This document shows, one piece after another, positions 1-9,563 of a stretch of 37,078 bases of DNA. Source of the stretch: a virus (Duplodnaviria > Caudoviricetes). The stretch's first letter is position 1, and the number at the start of each line of letters is the position of its first letter. Below the pieces are notes generated by a model. The model did no database searches. It was not told where the DNA came from and saw only the letters and a list, made by a program, of their open reading frames with translations. Position numbers and translations under genes: made by a program. The stretch spans positions 1-37,078 of IMG/VR virus record IMGVR_UViG_3300010155_000004. One strand, 5' to 3'.

Positions 1-123
1 AGCATGTGTTCGGGGTATCCAAGAAGTGCCATGTTAGTCCAGTAGTCCTATTCCCATGTTCATTAATTGAAGGCCAGAATTAAATCCGTCCTTATCAAAT
101 TTTGTTCTGGGTGATGTTGTCAT
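1..123. repeat. Terminal direct repeat, left copy (circular-assembly overlap)
   Basis: 1..123 is identical to 36956..37078. The gene order 34..567 then 35401..36987 continues seamlessly across the junction. Confidence 0.97.
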
Positions 124-567
124 CGTCATTCTATTTTGGGCCGGTTCTGATTGCATTTGCTTGTACTGGTGACGGGCACCTGGAGCTTCTGACATATAAC
201 CCCGTCCACCAGGCATTTCTGGCATCCCTTCAGGACCCCCTGAAGACATATATTGGTTCATGTCATACATGTTGGGTTGCATAAAACCCCGTCCACCGGA
301 TGGTGCAAATGGTTGTGCATCTTCAAATGGAATTGATTGACCAATGAATTGTGGATCATCAGCAAATTCTGGTATTGGGGCACCCCCTGGAATATTGCCA
401 TATTCTGATATTGGGATACTGTGCCCTCCAATAGGAGGTGCAGGAATGCTATACCCTCCATCTATTGGAGGTGCAGGAATGCTATATCCTCCCTGCAGGT
501 TAACGTGGGCTGGATCAATGGAGGTGCCTTCTGGGGGCATGAAGTAGTCTAGAAGTCCTTGATACAT
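34..567 (-). CDS. Pro/Gly/Met-rich low-complexity protein, putative internal virion/ejection protein
   Basis: 177 aa, located between two ejection-type genes. Tandem GGYSIPAPPI repeats. Begins MYQGLLD and ends GLLD. Confidence 0.6.
   Translation of the reverse strand: MYQGLLDYFMPPEGTSIDPAHVNLQGGYSIPAPPIDGGYSIPAPPIGGHSIPISEYGNIPGGAPIPEFADDPQFIGQSIPFEDAQPFAPSGGRGFMQPNMYDMNQYMSSGGPEGMPEMPGGRGYMSEAPGARHQYKQMQSEPAQNRMTMTTSPRTKFDKDGFNSGLQLMNMGIGLLD
424..492. repeat. Intragenic ~33-bp tandem repeat (GGYSIPAPPI units)
   Basis: ggaggtgcaggaatgctata occurs twice, 33 nt apart. Confidence 0.85.
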
Positions 568-576
568 GTTGTTCCT

Positions 577-1785
577 TTAGCTGGTCATTCCTTGATACAT
601 CCCATAGGCACCCAGCCCGGCCAACCCAAGTCCTAGATTTTCCTTCATTGGGTTTGTATACATGGGTGTATTTGATGCCGTTGTTGATCCTGAACCTGTT
701 CCACCAGAAAAAGAACCTAGTTTACCGACCATATCTGGGATGAAGTTTTGTTCTGCATCGAATTGGCCCTTGTCGTACAACCTTCTTTGCTGGTTTAATC
801 CATAAGATTTGTCACCCACACCCTCTAATGCACCATATGCATCAGTGTATCCTGACATGTCAGACATTTGGGGTACTGCACTCAAATTGGTTCTTGCACC
901 TTCAAGTCCATAACCAACATTCTGTCCTGATGCCAGGAATTTCCGGTTGATGTCTTGGCCTTTCCTTGCTGCTGCTGCTTCAAATCCTTTGTGTCTTAAT
1001 GCATCACTACGTTGCATATAATCCTGGATTGCTTGGTTTGCCATGCTTCCTTCTGCAATTCCATGTCGATCACCTCCAAATGCACCTGCACCCATTGCTG
1101 CCTGACCCACTGTTTGTCGGCCCATTTTGAGTGCATCATCCAAGTCCTGCTTTCCTGCATCAATGACATTTTGTGTGTACGGATTCATGTACTGGTTAAT
1201 TCCTGGACCCTGAAGAAATGATCCACCCTTAACTGTTCCTGGGTCATAAGTTCCGACATCTTCTGCAACACCATATGCAGTGTCCAATCTTCCATCCTTC
1301 CCTGCATAGGTTGTTGTCATATCCCGGATTCCTTTCATTGCACCAGTTTGATCCTTGTTGAAATCGCCATACATCTGTTTTGATGCAGCCGATGGTGATG
1401 CACCAGGATCATAGGTCTGGTAACCTTGATCGATGTGACCCTTCATCTTATTAAAACCGTAGTCCTTAATGGCTTGAGAAGTGGGGTCCATTTGAGTTGA
1501 TGATGTCGAACCCATATTTTGTTCTTCGGGTCCCATTCCCAACTGTTTCCCTAGTGGGGATTTGCTCAACTGATTTAAAACGATTGGTGCAGCAACAGAT
1601 GCTGCCATTCCAACCCATGCTTCAGGAAGTCCAGTGACTGGATTAATTGATTGGAATCCACCTCTACGTGCTTCCAGTTCTGCCCTTTCCAAAGGGGTTA
1701 CATGCATTAGTTCGGAATCCCCGTACCTTCCTTGGGATCTCATTGCTTCGGCTGCATTAGCCATCGGTATTGAATCTGTAAACAT
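577..1785 (-). CDS. Putative DNA pilot/ejection protein
   Basis: 402 aa, Gly/Ala/Gln-rich. Motifs GRYGD..H..P.E...INPVTGLPE, YMNPY and AGAFGGDRHGIAE, with a hydrophobic Gly-rich C-terminus. Lies downstream of the tail genes. Confidence 0.65.
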   Translation of the reverse strand: MFTDSIPMANAAEAMRSQGRYGDSELMHVTPLERAELEARRGGFQSINPVTGLPEAWVGMAASVAAPIVLNQLSKSPLGKQLGMGPEEQNMGSTSSTQMDPTSQAIKDYGFNKMKGHIDQGYQTYDPGASPSAASKQMYGDFNKDQTGAMKGIRDMTTTYAGKDGRLDTAYGVAEDVGTYDPGTVKGGSFLQGPGINQYMNPYTQNVIDAGKQDLDDALKMGRQTVGQAAMGAGAFGGDRHGIAEGSMANQAIQDYMQRSDALRHKGFEAAAARKGQDINRKFLASGQNVGYGLEGARTNLSAVPQMSDMSGYTDAYGALEGVGDKSYGLNQQRRLYDKGQFDAEQNFIPDMVGKLGSFSGGTGSGSTTASNTPMYTNPMKENLGLGLAGLGAYGMYQGMTS

Positions 1786-1786
1786 A

Positions 1787-2053
1787 TTATGAGTATGGGT
1801 TAGATGATGCTATGACGGGTCTTCCGAATGAATCAATTTGAGTCCCGGTCAATTCTGTTGCTGAAAGATTCCCTGAATTATCGACTGACAAAATAAACCA
1901 TGTGCCATCAGGTGACTGGAGTGATATTGATCCTGAATCTAAAAAATTGTCCTGATCCAGTTTCAGGTTTTGGGTGTCTGCTGATCTGATCTGATTATGT
2001 AGTTCAGTTTGGGTCCCAACCTGATATTGTTCAGGTACCGGTGGTAGATTCAA
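1787..2053 (-). CDS. Small virion-associated protein
   Basis: Probable TTG start overlapping the upstream stop (TTGA). LQSPDGTWFILSVDNSGNL motif, of a kind seen after gp10-like genes. Confidence 0.6.
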   Translation of the reverse strand: MNLPPVPEQYQVGTQTELHNQIRSADTQNLKLDQDNFLDSGSISLQSPDGTWFILSVDNSGNLSATELTGTQIDSFGRPVIASSNPYS

Positions 2054-3933
2054 CGGGCACCCCCTGACACAATCAAAGCACGTATGGTTCCGACTTCCCA
2101 ATCCTGGTCGAATCCTGATTCTAATCGCCAAACAAATTGCCGACCCTGCACCCTGCAATCAGTATACCCGTCTGATGCTACTTCAAGTGAACTGGATTCA
2201 GTTTCAGAACTGTTGGGGTTTGGTCTGGTTTTAAATTTGAATCTCAATCCTGAATCACCACTTGTTTGGTCTGTGATCATTTGTGTTATGTTCGTTATGT
2301 TCTGACCATCTCCAATTTCCATTGCACCGGTTTCTGCAAAACAAAGTCCTGGATCTGATGTTGATCCACCTGTTACTAAGTTTCGGTCAAAGTCACTTAA
2401 TTCTGAAAGTGATGTTGCAATGCTATCTGTTGTTCTGCCTGATGAAGATGCACTTTGTTCATGACTATAAAGGATGTTATCATCTGCAAGTGCAACTGGA
2501 TCAGAATAAACACCGGCATCCTGCCATGCAGTTCTGGTTAGTTTTCCTATACTCCACCAACCTTCCTGGTAATTGTAGGTCACATACCGATCTATTTCAG
2601 ATGCATCTGCACTTGTGTACCACCATGTAACTTCAAAAAAAGCACTGTTTACTGATGCATATATTTTTGAATCCTGTACATGATTGATGTCACTGAAAAC
2701 ATAATCTGAAACAGTGGATGGTAAGGGCTGGACTGATCCTTGATATACAAAGAAACCACCTTTGGACATCCAGAATGCTTTGTCACCAACTGATGCCATT
2801 GCTTTGTTCGATATTGCACCACATGCATCTGCTAGTTTTTGCCGTCCATATACAAATGGGACACCGACATGGTCAATGGCATGGACATCAGTTGAAGTCC
2901 AAACAATGATCCTGGACCCTACTGACTTTGCATTCAGAATTTCACCTTGGGTTTCAAGTGTGAATGATCCGGCCTGGTTCGTTGCTGTTGGTGTCCATGT
3001 TGTTAATGATTCAGAATCGGACCACTGTACTTTTCTTGGATCACCACCTGCACCTAATGCAAACAAATGCCGTTCCTTGGAAACCAGAATTGCAGAATTT
3101 GATGTTGGTGCATTGGTCACAACTGCAGCAGTTGTTCCTGTTGGATCTGTTACTGATGGGTCCCATGAATAGATCTTTCCGTCTGATGTTGATAATGAAA
3201 CAAGGATCTGTCCGAATGTGTCAAACACCCAGTTTGATGCTTCAATTACAAGTGATGTTGTTGATGTGGATTCATTCCCGAATCTACGTGCCCTGCTTAG
3301 TGTGATTGATGCACCGGCTGATTCATCTGCTAGTGTAGATCCACCATATGCAGCAGATCCATTTTCAAGTCCCAGTGTCAGTTCTGTTGATGAAACTGCA
3401 GTGACCCGGTGTGAATCATCATAGGTTTTGTTGTTTGCTGCACCAGAAAATCCTGATGCCTGTATTTCATCACCTACTTCAAAATAATCAGTGAAATCAA
3501 CTGATCCTGCAGTTGTGAATTTGTCACTAGACTGGGTTGCACTGATGTCGGTTTGTGTCAGGGTTTTAACAATTTCAGTTCCATTGAAAACACCAGCACC
3601 AAAACCTGTTCCTGGTTCTGCAGTATCATTTCCTGTGACGAAAGATGATGGTGTTATGTCAGCAGCAGATCCAGAAAGACTTGTGAAGATGTAAAGTTTT
3701 GATGAAGTTCCAATTGCTAACCATTTGTCACCATCATTATCCCTCCATGCCAACATCGCCCGGCTGATACCGGTCAGACCTGATGTTGTTGCTCTAGTCC
3801 ATCCACCAATTGGTTTGAGTCTACCATCCTTCCATCTGACCAAGTTGCAATCGAACCATCTGCCTTTTACCTGATATTGGGTTCCATTTCGATGAACACC
3901 CGGTGGTATTTCAAAAGGGACTATTTTGCCCAT
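2050..3933 (-). CDS. Tail nozzle / packaged-DNA stabilization protein (P22 gp10-like)
   Basis: 627 aa, beta-propeller-like. Motifs GRWFDCNLVRW..G...PIGGW, WSDSE..WTP..TNQAG, EVTWWY and RYVTYNY.EG.W..G.L.RTAW.D. Confidence 0.8.
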   Translation of the reverse strand: MGKIVPFEIPPGVHRNGTQYQVKGRWFDCNLVRWKDGRLKPIGGWTRATTSGLTGISRAMLAWRDNDGDKWLAIGTSSKLYIFTSLSGSAADITPSSFVTGNDTAEPGTGFGAGVFNGTEIVKTLTQTDISATQSSDKFTTAGSVDFTDYFEVGDEIQASGFSGAANNKTYDDSHRVTAVSSTELTLGLENGSAAYGGSTLADESAGASITLSRARRFGNESTSTTSLVIEASNWVFDTFGQILVSLSTSDGKIYSWDPSVTDPTGTTAAVVTNAPTSNSAILVSKERHLFALGAGGDPRKVQWSDSESLTTWTPTATNQAGSFTLETQGEILNAKSVGSRIIVWTSTDVHAIDHVGVPFVYGRQKLADACGAISNKAMASVGDKAFWMSKGGFFVYQGSVQPLPSTVSDYVFSDINHVQDSKIYASVNSAFFEVTWWYTSADASEIDRYVTYNYQEGWWSIGKLTRTAWQDAGVYSDPVALADDNILYSHEQSASSSGRTTDSIATSLSELSDFDRNLVTGGSTSDPGLCFAETGAMEIGDGQNITNITQMITDQTSGDSGLRFKFKTRPNPNSSETESSSLEVASDGYTDCRVQGRQFVWRLESGFDQDWEVGTIRALIVSGGAR

Positions 3934-3936
3934 GGT

Positions 3937-4323
3937 TCAGTAGGTCCAGACCCATGGCCGGGGTCTTTGTTCAGGATTGGATTCCAGGATGTCAATATGG
4001 ATGTATCTGGATTCATGTGGTCCTTTCTGCATTAGCCCAACACCTGCTGCACCATGATCCAATGCTAAAGAAATGAAATCATGTGCATCCTTTCCTGACA
4101 CTGAAAAATCTGCTGCCATGCCGGTCGTATGTGGGCCATTAGGTCCTGAAGTGGAAACTGCTTGGTTGTGGGCACTGCATCTGAATGCTGAAGTCACATG
4201 TAATGGCTTGCCGATGTCATCCCTGATGTTCTGAATCACACTCATGAAATCTTCATCCATGTCGTATCTGCCACATCCGCAACGGCATGACATTTCGGAT
4301 TCTGAAAAGTTTTTTGAAAGCAT
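3937..4323 (-). CDS. Endolysin, peptidase M15A family (Zn D-Ala-D-Ala carboxypeptidase-like)
   Basis: NFS..E..C.CGC, TSAFRC..HN..V, H..G.AAD and YIHID motifs. Confidence 0.9.
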   Translation of the reverse strand: MLSKNFSESEMSCRCGCGRYDMDEDFMSVIQNIRDDIGKPLHVTSAFRCSAHNQAVSTSGPNGPHTTGMAADFSVSGKDAHDFISLALDHGAAGVGLMQKGPHESRYIHIDILESNPEQRPRPWVWTY

Positions 4324-4508
4324 TATATTTTCCCATCTGCTTCAAGTTTCGATCTGATTTCAGTTACTATTTTGTCATCAATGGATGTTGTTGACTTTGC
4401 TGATGCCCATTCTGCAAGCATAAGCAAAACCCTTAACACTACTCTTTCTGACAGCATGGATATCACCATTGTTTTTGCTGCACCGGCTAATAAAGGTACT
4501 ATCATCAT
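4323..4508 (-). CDS. Small hydrophobic lysis-cassette protein
   Basis: 61 aa with a hydrophobic N-half. Start and stop overlap both neighbours. Confidence 0.55.
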   Translation of the reverse strand: MMIVPLLAGAAKTMVISMLSERVVLRVLLMLAEWASAKSTTSIDDKIVTEIRSKLEADGKI

Positions 4509-4831
4509 TATGTTCCCCTGTATCGAATGAATTCTTTCATTGCTTGTGTGTTCTGTTCCAAAGCAATCTTTACATGCAACAATGCATCACTGCTGGATTC
4601 TACCATTTTCAGAATTCGTTCATCATTTTGTTCATCCCGGTTCTGCCACTTTTCACGTTCAAGACTGGCATTTTTTAATAGCCACATGATCAGGTAACCG
4701 GCTGCTGCTAAAGTAATTGCCGGTGTTCCAACACGCTCAATCAAAAGTATTATCAGGTCAGTGTCAGGCATATGTGTTGTTGGATAGAAATATTGTTCAT
4801 CGGCTGGATTCATTTCATCTGTTCTGCTCAA
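4508..4831 (-). CDS. Putative holin (single TM followed by coiled coil)
   Basis: TM segment VGTPAITLAAAGYLIMWLL followed by a charged helix. Upstream of the endolysin. The true start may be at MPDTDL. Confidence 0.55.
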   Translation of the reverse strand: MSRTDEMNPADEQYFYPTTHMPDTDLIILLIERVGTPAITLAAAGYLIMWLLKNASLEREKWQNRDEQNDERILKMVESSSDALLHVKIALEQNTQAMKEFIRYRGT

Positions 4832-4857
4832 AAAGTACGCTTTAAGCGTAGTTGTTA

Positions 4858-5166
4858 TTACTCAGGTTTTGGGTGTGCATCTTTCACTGCTTTTAGCTTA
4901 TCTGACATCTCTTTCGGGAAAACTCCTGCGTGATATAGGGCATCTAATTGATCACCGATAGGAGGGTATTGTCGGTCACGTTGATATTGTTTGGCATCGT
5001 ATTCTGCTTGGAGTCGAATTACTTCAGCATCTATTTCTTCTTTAGAAGGGGGAGTTTGGCCATCCAAGTAAAATACTTTTTCTTGATTTTCACCACTGGT
5101 TTTTAGATTCCCACCAACAAGTGAATGTATTGCTGTATGCCTATCAATTTTTGATGGGTCCCTCAT
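4858..5166 (-). CDS. Tail-fibre-associated (assembly chaperone-like) protein
   Basis: P..EEI.AE..RLQAEYDAKQYQRDR.YP.IGDQLD.LYH...VK..HPKP, typical of genes following marine phage fibres. Confidence 0.7.
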   Translation of the reverse strand: MRDPSKIDRHTAIHSLVGGNLKTSGENQEKVFYLDGQTPPSKEEIDAEVIRLQAEYDAKQYQRDRQYPPIGDQLDALYHAGVFPKEMSDKLKAVKDAHPKPE

Positions 5167-5168
5167 AT

Positions 5169-6161
5169 TTAATACTCCAAAATTTTAATTAATGTCCCAT
5201 CTATACCACCACCCCAAGTTTCACATCTTGTGTAAGTACCATCAGCACCAGAGGTAATACCAAAATAATAGTCAGTGCTTACTGACTCTGAAGTAGTAAA
5301 TGTTCCAGTCAAAGTTAATATTCCATAACCAGCATTAGCATTTGAAGTGGAAGTAGCAGTAGTTCTTCCAGTCCAACCTTTACCCAACGCTGTACCAAAA
5401 CTAGAAGTTGCCCCATCAGAAACACTTGACGTACTATAATACATTCTCCATTTTCCATATCTTAGTGATGATACACCTCCACTTACAGATGTTTGTACAG
5501 GGAATGTCATTTCTATAAATACAGTTGAACTTGCTTTAGTATTTTGCCAATTATAATAATCTGCAACGGCTGTTTCTGTTGTTCCAGTGGTATCACCTGC
5601 CCAAGTTTGTCTTGTGATAGTTAATCTTGGATTGGTACTAGTCATTATAATGCCTGAAGTAACAGTTCCAATATTATTTGCTGTCCCTGCTAGTGTCGTA
5701 TTCGCACCTGAAACAGAAATTGCAGTAGTACCACCACTGCTCTTAATATCACCACCTGTTACTGTTAAATCCCCTGCAATACTAACATTATCAGAAGTGT
5801 CTAAAGTGATCGTAGAACCACCGTCTGATGCCTTGATAATATTAGAGCTTAGTTTGACAGTCGGAACTTCAAGTTCACCTGTCATAGTATCACCACTTGC
5901 TTTAACTGCATCTACAAGTGCAAAACTCTGATAAACGTGTACCTCAACTATGTCAGATACTGTGGCACCACTTCCTAGAGTGACAGTGGAAGTTGTGTAC
6001 GTGTAATCGTCTGTAAATTTAAGTAAGACACCGTTTAAAAACACCTGCAGTTCATCACTAGCATTTGACGCAACTGTGAAGTCAACTTGGGAACCAGTTG
6101 CAGTAAAAACGTGCTTTTTTATTTTACTATTTGCAGTTGCTTGATCTCCAATGAAAGGCAT
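5169..6161 (-). CDS. Tail fibre / receptor-binding protein
   Basis: MPFIG start, VFLNGVLL...DY domain, GDTMTG.L, Ser/Thr/Gly-rich shaft and a C-terminal beta domain ending ILEY. Confidence 0.75.
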   Translation of the reverse strand: MPFIGDQATANSKIKKHVFTATGSQVDFTVASNASDELQVFLNGVLLKFTDDYTYTTSTVTLGSGATVSDIVEVHVYQSFALVDAVKASGDTMTGELEVPTVKLSSNIIKASDGGSTITLDTSDNVSIAGDLTVTGGDIKSSGGTTAISVSGANTTLAGTANNIGTVTSGIIMTSTNPRLTITRQTWAGDTTGTTETAVADYYNWQNTKASSTVFIEMTFPVQTSVSGGVSSLRYGKWRMYYSTSSVSDGATSSFGTALGKGWTGRTTATSTSNANAGYGILTLTGTFTTSESVSTDYYFGITSGADGTYTRCETWGGGIDGTLIKILEY

Positions 6162-6521
6162 TTATACGTCCTGTTCCATATATGATAAGACTATATCCAG
6201 ATTTGCATTATCTGCATAAACTTTTAATAGGTCTGTTGTGTTTAAAATGTATTTCTGTCCACTCATTATTTCTAAAGAATTACGTTTATCTATCACTACA
6301 TCCTTCACAATATAAACATCAGCATTAGTAGCACCTGCACCTGATTGTGCAGTATTAGAACTTAAAATTACAGTAGCCTGAATACTATCCGAATGTTTGT
6401 TTGCCAAAAGAAGGCTAAGAATTACTTCTGTTTTATCAACATCAACATCAAGCAAAGTATCGGGACTACCACTGTCTACACTGACACCTGCTTTTGTGAT
6501 TACTTTGAAGACGTTCGCCAT
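6162..6521 (-). CDS. Tail-fibre adaptor/connector protein
   Basis: MANVFK...LL.N......V....SLE....K.IL...D.L...D..LSY pattern, between two fibre genes. Confidence 0.65.
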   Translation of the reverse strand: MANVFKVITKAGVSVDSGSPDTLLDVDVDKTEVILSLLLANKHSDSIQATVILSSNTAQSGAGATNADVYIVKDVVIDKRNSLEIMSGQKYILNTTDLLKVYADNANLDIVLSYMEQDV

Positions 6522-6522
6522 A

Positions 6523-7326
6523 TCAAGCCAAAGCTATTGCAAGTGCTATAACATCACCTTCTGAAACACCGGCACTGATCGATGCAGTGGATGCAGATGT
6601 GATTCTTCCTTTAGCATCGATTGCTAAAACTGGAACTGCAGATGCAGAACCATAAGATGCTGCACTGACTCCAGAAGATGCTAGTGTTGCACTGATTGAT
6701 GTCGTTCCTGATCCAGTGACATCACCTGAAAGGCTGATGCTTTGGTTTGCGGTCAGATAGGTTCCCGTATCGACATCATATGTTTCAGATCCTGTTCGTT
6801 TCAAAAATCCAGTGTCAGAATCTGGTACATCTGTATGCATCAATGCACCTGCTGCATCTACATTCGTTGCATCGGTTACATCAGCACTTGCTTCAATTCC
6901 GTCCAGTTTAGTTTGATCAGCAGTTAAAAAAGTACCTGTAGTTAATTTCAATGCTGCCAAACCGGCACATTCGCTATCCATTAATGCACCTGCTGCAGTA
7001 ACATTTGTAGCATCAGTAACATCAGCAGATGCTTCAACACCACTTAATTTTGAAAGCAGTGCATCCGTAAATGCATTCGTATCAGATTCTGCTTCATATG
7101 CAGTTTTAATCTGGGCACCGGTTTGATCTGCTGTTGCGCTTGCTTCGACTGCATCCAGTTTTGTTTTATCGGCTGCTGTCATCCTTCCGGTGACAGAAGT
7201 GGATGCATCTGCAAGTGCAGTGTCGATTGCAGTAATTGCAGTGTTTAGTGTTGCACCCCAAGTGCCCCGTGAAGACTCTTCACCAGGATCTGGAAGGGTC
7301 AGACTCAAATTGTCAGTTGTTGCCAT
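6523..7326 (-). CDS. Tail fibre (proximal) protein
   Basis: Start reassigned to the ATG at 7326 (TAATG overlap). Internal repeats KLDG(V/I)EASADVTDATNV.AAGALM. C-terminal IALAIALA. Confidence 0.75.
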   Translation of the reverse strand: MATTDNLSLTLPDPGEESSRGTWGATLNTAITAIDTALADASTSVTGRMTAADKTKLDAVEASATADQTGAQIKTAYEAESDTNAFTDALLSKLSGVEASADVTDATNVTAAGALMDSECAGLAALKLTTGTFLTADQTKLDGIEASADVTDATNVDAAGALMHTDVPDSDTGFLKRTGSETYDVDTGTYLTANQSISLSGDVTGSGTTSISATLASSGVSAASYGSASAVPVLAIDAKGRITSASTASISAGVSEGDVIALAIALA

Positions 7327-8402
7327 TAGGCGTTGTCCATCAAAACGTAGTGCGACCAATTTATTTCTATGGAGGTGCCCCCAGGAGGTGTCACCTCAGT
7401 CCAAGTTTCTGAAGTGTTTGACATATATGCGAAAGCATTACCCTGCCGTCTTGCCGTTCCGAAATATCCTGACCACGCACCATACGCCACATAGGTTTTC
7501 CCTGCCCCTGGTGCTGATGGTGACGGTGTCGGGAGTGATGTATCATCTATGCCTGCCTTGAATTTCACTAAACCTCCTACTACTGTTGTTATGGCAATAT
7601 CCCCAGAACCAGTTACACCCGTAACGGTTCCAGTACAATCACCTGATAATGTTATTGATCTACCAGTTGACCATGCATCAGCTTTTGATGCTTTCAGGTT
7701 TGCAACTGAAGTGGTGCTAGTCACAACCATGGGGGCAGTACCGTCCGTAACTTCAGATGTTATCTGTCCCGTAAAAGTAGTTGCACCATGTTTTGCGTTT
7801 GATGTGACAGTGTCAGTGCTTGCATTCCCTAGAGTGGTATTTCCTTCAACACTTGAATTTCCTTCAACACTTAAATTACCGGAAACAGTACCGTTACTTG
7901 ATGCTGAAATAGTTGTGAATGCACCTGTTGATGCTGAATTTGCACCAATGGGTGTGCCATCAATTTCACCGGCACCAATGTCCGAATAACTGGGTTCAAA
8001 AACCAGTGCAATGTCAACTGAATCACCGGCTGATGCTGTTACAAGCCCAGTGCTTACAGTGATCGAATTTGATGATCCTTTTGATGTGACAGTATGAATG
8101 CTTGGACTTGCATCAGATCCATTTGTTGCTGATGTTGCACCGGTCACTCTGACTTTGTCATTGATTTCAAAATCCTGGAAAAGATCACCTGATGCTGCAC
8201 TGATTGTGCCGGTTGCAGATCCAGTATTTGTGAAGATGATTGCAGTACTTGTGAAACCTTTGACTACATCTTTGTCCAATTTATTGACTAATTGACCATC
8301 AATTTCATTTAGGCTTGTATGAAGGTTTGTCCCCCAATTTTGGTTGTCACCACCTACTTCACTTTTGGTCAGTGAATAGTTAGTTGTGTATGTATTTGCC
8401 AT
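7326..8402 (-). CDS. Tail fibre/needle-like structural protein
   Basis: N-terminal TTNYSLTK.EVG....WG..L...L..ID motif. IDGTPIGANSASTGAFTT and R.ITLSGD.TG fibre motifs. Confidence 0.75.
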   Translation of the reverse strand: MANTYTTNYSLTKSEVGGDNQNWGTNLHTSLNEIDGQLVNKLDKDVVKGFTSTAIIFTNTGSATGTISAASGDLFQDFEINDKVRVTGATSATNGSDASPSIHTVTSKGSSNSITVSTGLVTASAGDSVDIALVFEPSYSDIGAGEIDGTPIGANSASTGAFTTISASSNGTVSGNLSVEGNSSVEGNTTLGNASTDTVTSNAKHGATTFTGQITSEVTDGTAPMVVTSTTSVANLKASKADAWSTGRSITLSGDCTGTVTGVTGSGDIAITTVVGGLVKFKAGIDDTSLPTPSPSAPGAGKTYVAYGAWSGYFGTARRQGNAFAYMSNTSETWTEVTPPGGTSIEINWSHYVLMDNA

Positions 8403-8621
8403 CTATTGCTCTGTCCAAGTTTGTGTCGAATTAGTTTGGCCGGTCCATGTTGTTGCAGCATAAACATCATCACCATAAATACCGGCACCATATAAAGTGT
8501 TCCCTGTTACTGGGTGCAGTGTCCAAGTTGCTGATGTAGTAGATTGCCCGGACCAGGATTGACTTGAATTAGTCTGATCACTCCAGGTTGCTGATGCATT
8601 GGTTTGTTCTGTCCAACTCAT
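8403..8621 (-). CDS. Small Trp-repeat virion protein
   Basis: 72 aa with W(T/S)xQ repeats at a 10-residue period. Overlaps the adaptor stop and abuts the next gene. Confidence 0.7.
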   Translation of the reverse strand: MSWTEQTNASATWSDQTNSSQSWSGQSTTSATWTLHPVTGNTLYGAGIYGDDVYAATTWTGQTNSTQTWTEQ

Positions 8622-9247
8622 GAATATGTTGTGATGGACCTTGCTGTCAATGTTCCACCGGCATATCTGGATGCATCATCTGCATCTACTATTTCTTGAA
8701 GTGCTTTTTCAGATAATGATGCCCATGTCTGTAGTCTTGCATCATTCATCAGGAATGGTTCTGCTGCCATCAGGGTCGAATAAAGGTATGCATCAGGATG
8801 TGATGTCAATAACCAATTTGTGGTTGCACTTGATGTCAATGCAGGAACCTTTGCAAAGTATTGGATCTGTAATGTATAGGATGCATCTGGTGTCTTCAGA
8901 AGTTCCATTGCATCACCGGCAATGGTGTAATATTCTGGGACTCCAGTTGTGTTATCGAATTGTTCCCGGTAATCATCTGCCCTGTCTGGTGTCAGATAAA
9001 CCAGTCTTTTAGGAGGTGTTGTGCTTGTGATATTTACGTTTCTTGCCTGAAGGAAATCTGATGGCAATGCTACGTATTGTGTTGTTGCAGTTGTTGTGGA
9101 ACGGGTCATCTGATCCCGTGTCCTCAACCGTCTATTGAATCCTGCTTCTGCAATGGCAATGAATTCTTCAATCCTTCCTGAAAGGTCAGATCGATTAAGC
9201 CAATTTGATGTTGCAGTCAGTAATTCTGGTTGTGTTGTGATTGACAT
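8618..9247 (-). CDS. Head-tail adaptor protein
   Basis: WLNRSDL...I..FI..AE...NR.LR, LP.DFL, TNWLL..HPD.YLY..L..A.PFL.ND.R motifs. Confidence 0.85.
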   Translation of the reverse strand: MSITTQPELLTATSNWLNRSDLSGRIEEFIAIAEAGFNRRLRTRDQMTRSTTTATTQYVALPSDFLQARNVNITSTTPPKRLVYLTPDRADDYREQFDNTTGVPEYYTIAGDAMELLKTPDASYTLQIQYFAKVPALTSSATTNWLLTSHPDAYLYSTLMAAEPFLMNDARLQTWASLSEKALQEIVDADDASRYAGGTLTARSITTYS

Positions 9248-9553
9248 TTAAGTCAACCTTCCTTCCCAAACCCGGAAAGGTTTATTTTCAGGTTGGTCCA
9301 ACCACTTTGCCAACTTTTTCTTGTTGTTCATTGTTCCATCCCTCATCAGCTTTGCAGCCAATACCAATGGAATTTCTGCAACATGTCTTTGGGGTGCTGA
9401 ACGATCAATTGGGATGTCCCGTATATCCTTCACATGATCCAGGATTGGTTGAACATTCTGCTTTTTATGGATGTGATAGGTGCCATCCCCATCTTCGGTG
9501 TTGACTGTAGTAGTCAAACCGGCATGGGAATCCATGATTGTTGTGCGTAGCAT
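9248..9553 (-). CDS. Conserved hypothetical protein downstream of the major capsid gene
   Basis: Q.V.PIL...K, HVAEIP, KWL..PENK.FR..EG.L pattern. Confidence 0.7.
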   Translation of the reverse strand: MLRTTIMDSHAGLTTTVNTEDGDGTYHIHKKQNVQPILDHVKDIRDIPIDRSAPQRHVAEIPLVLAAKLMRDGTMNNKKKLAKWLDQPENKPFRVWEGRLT

Positions 9554-9563
9554 TTCAAAGGGA

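Noticed and set aside
1-123. Biological terminal repeat of the virion DNA
   Set aside because: It falls in the middle of an operon and cuts two genes, which fits an assembly overlap of a circular or permuted genome better.
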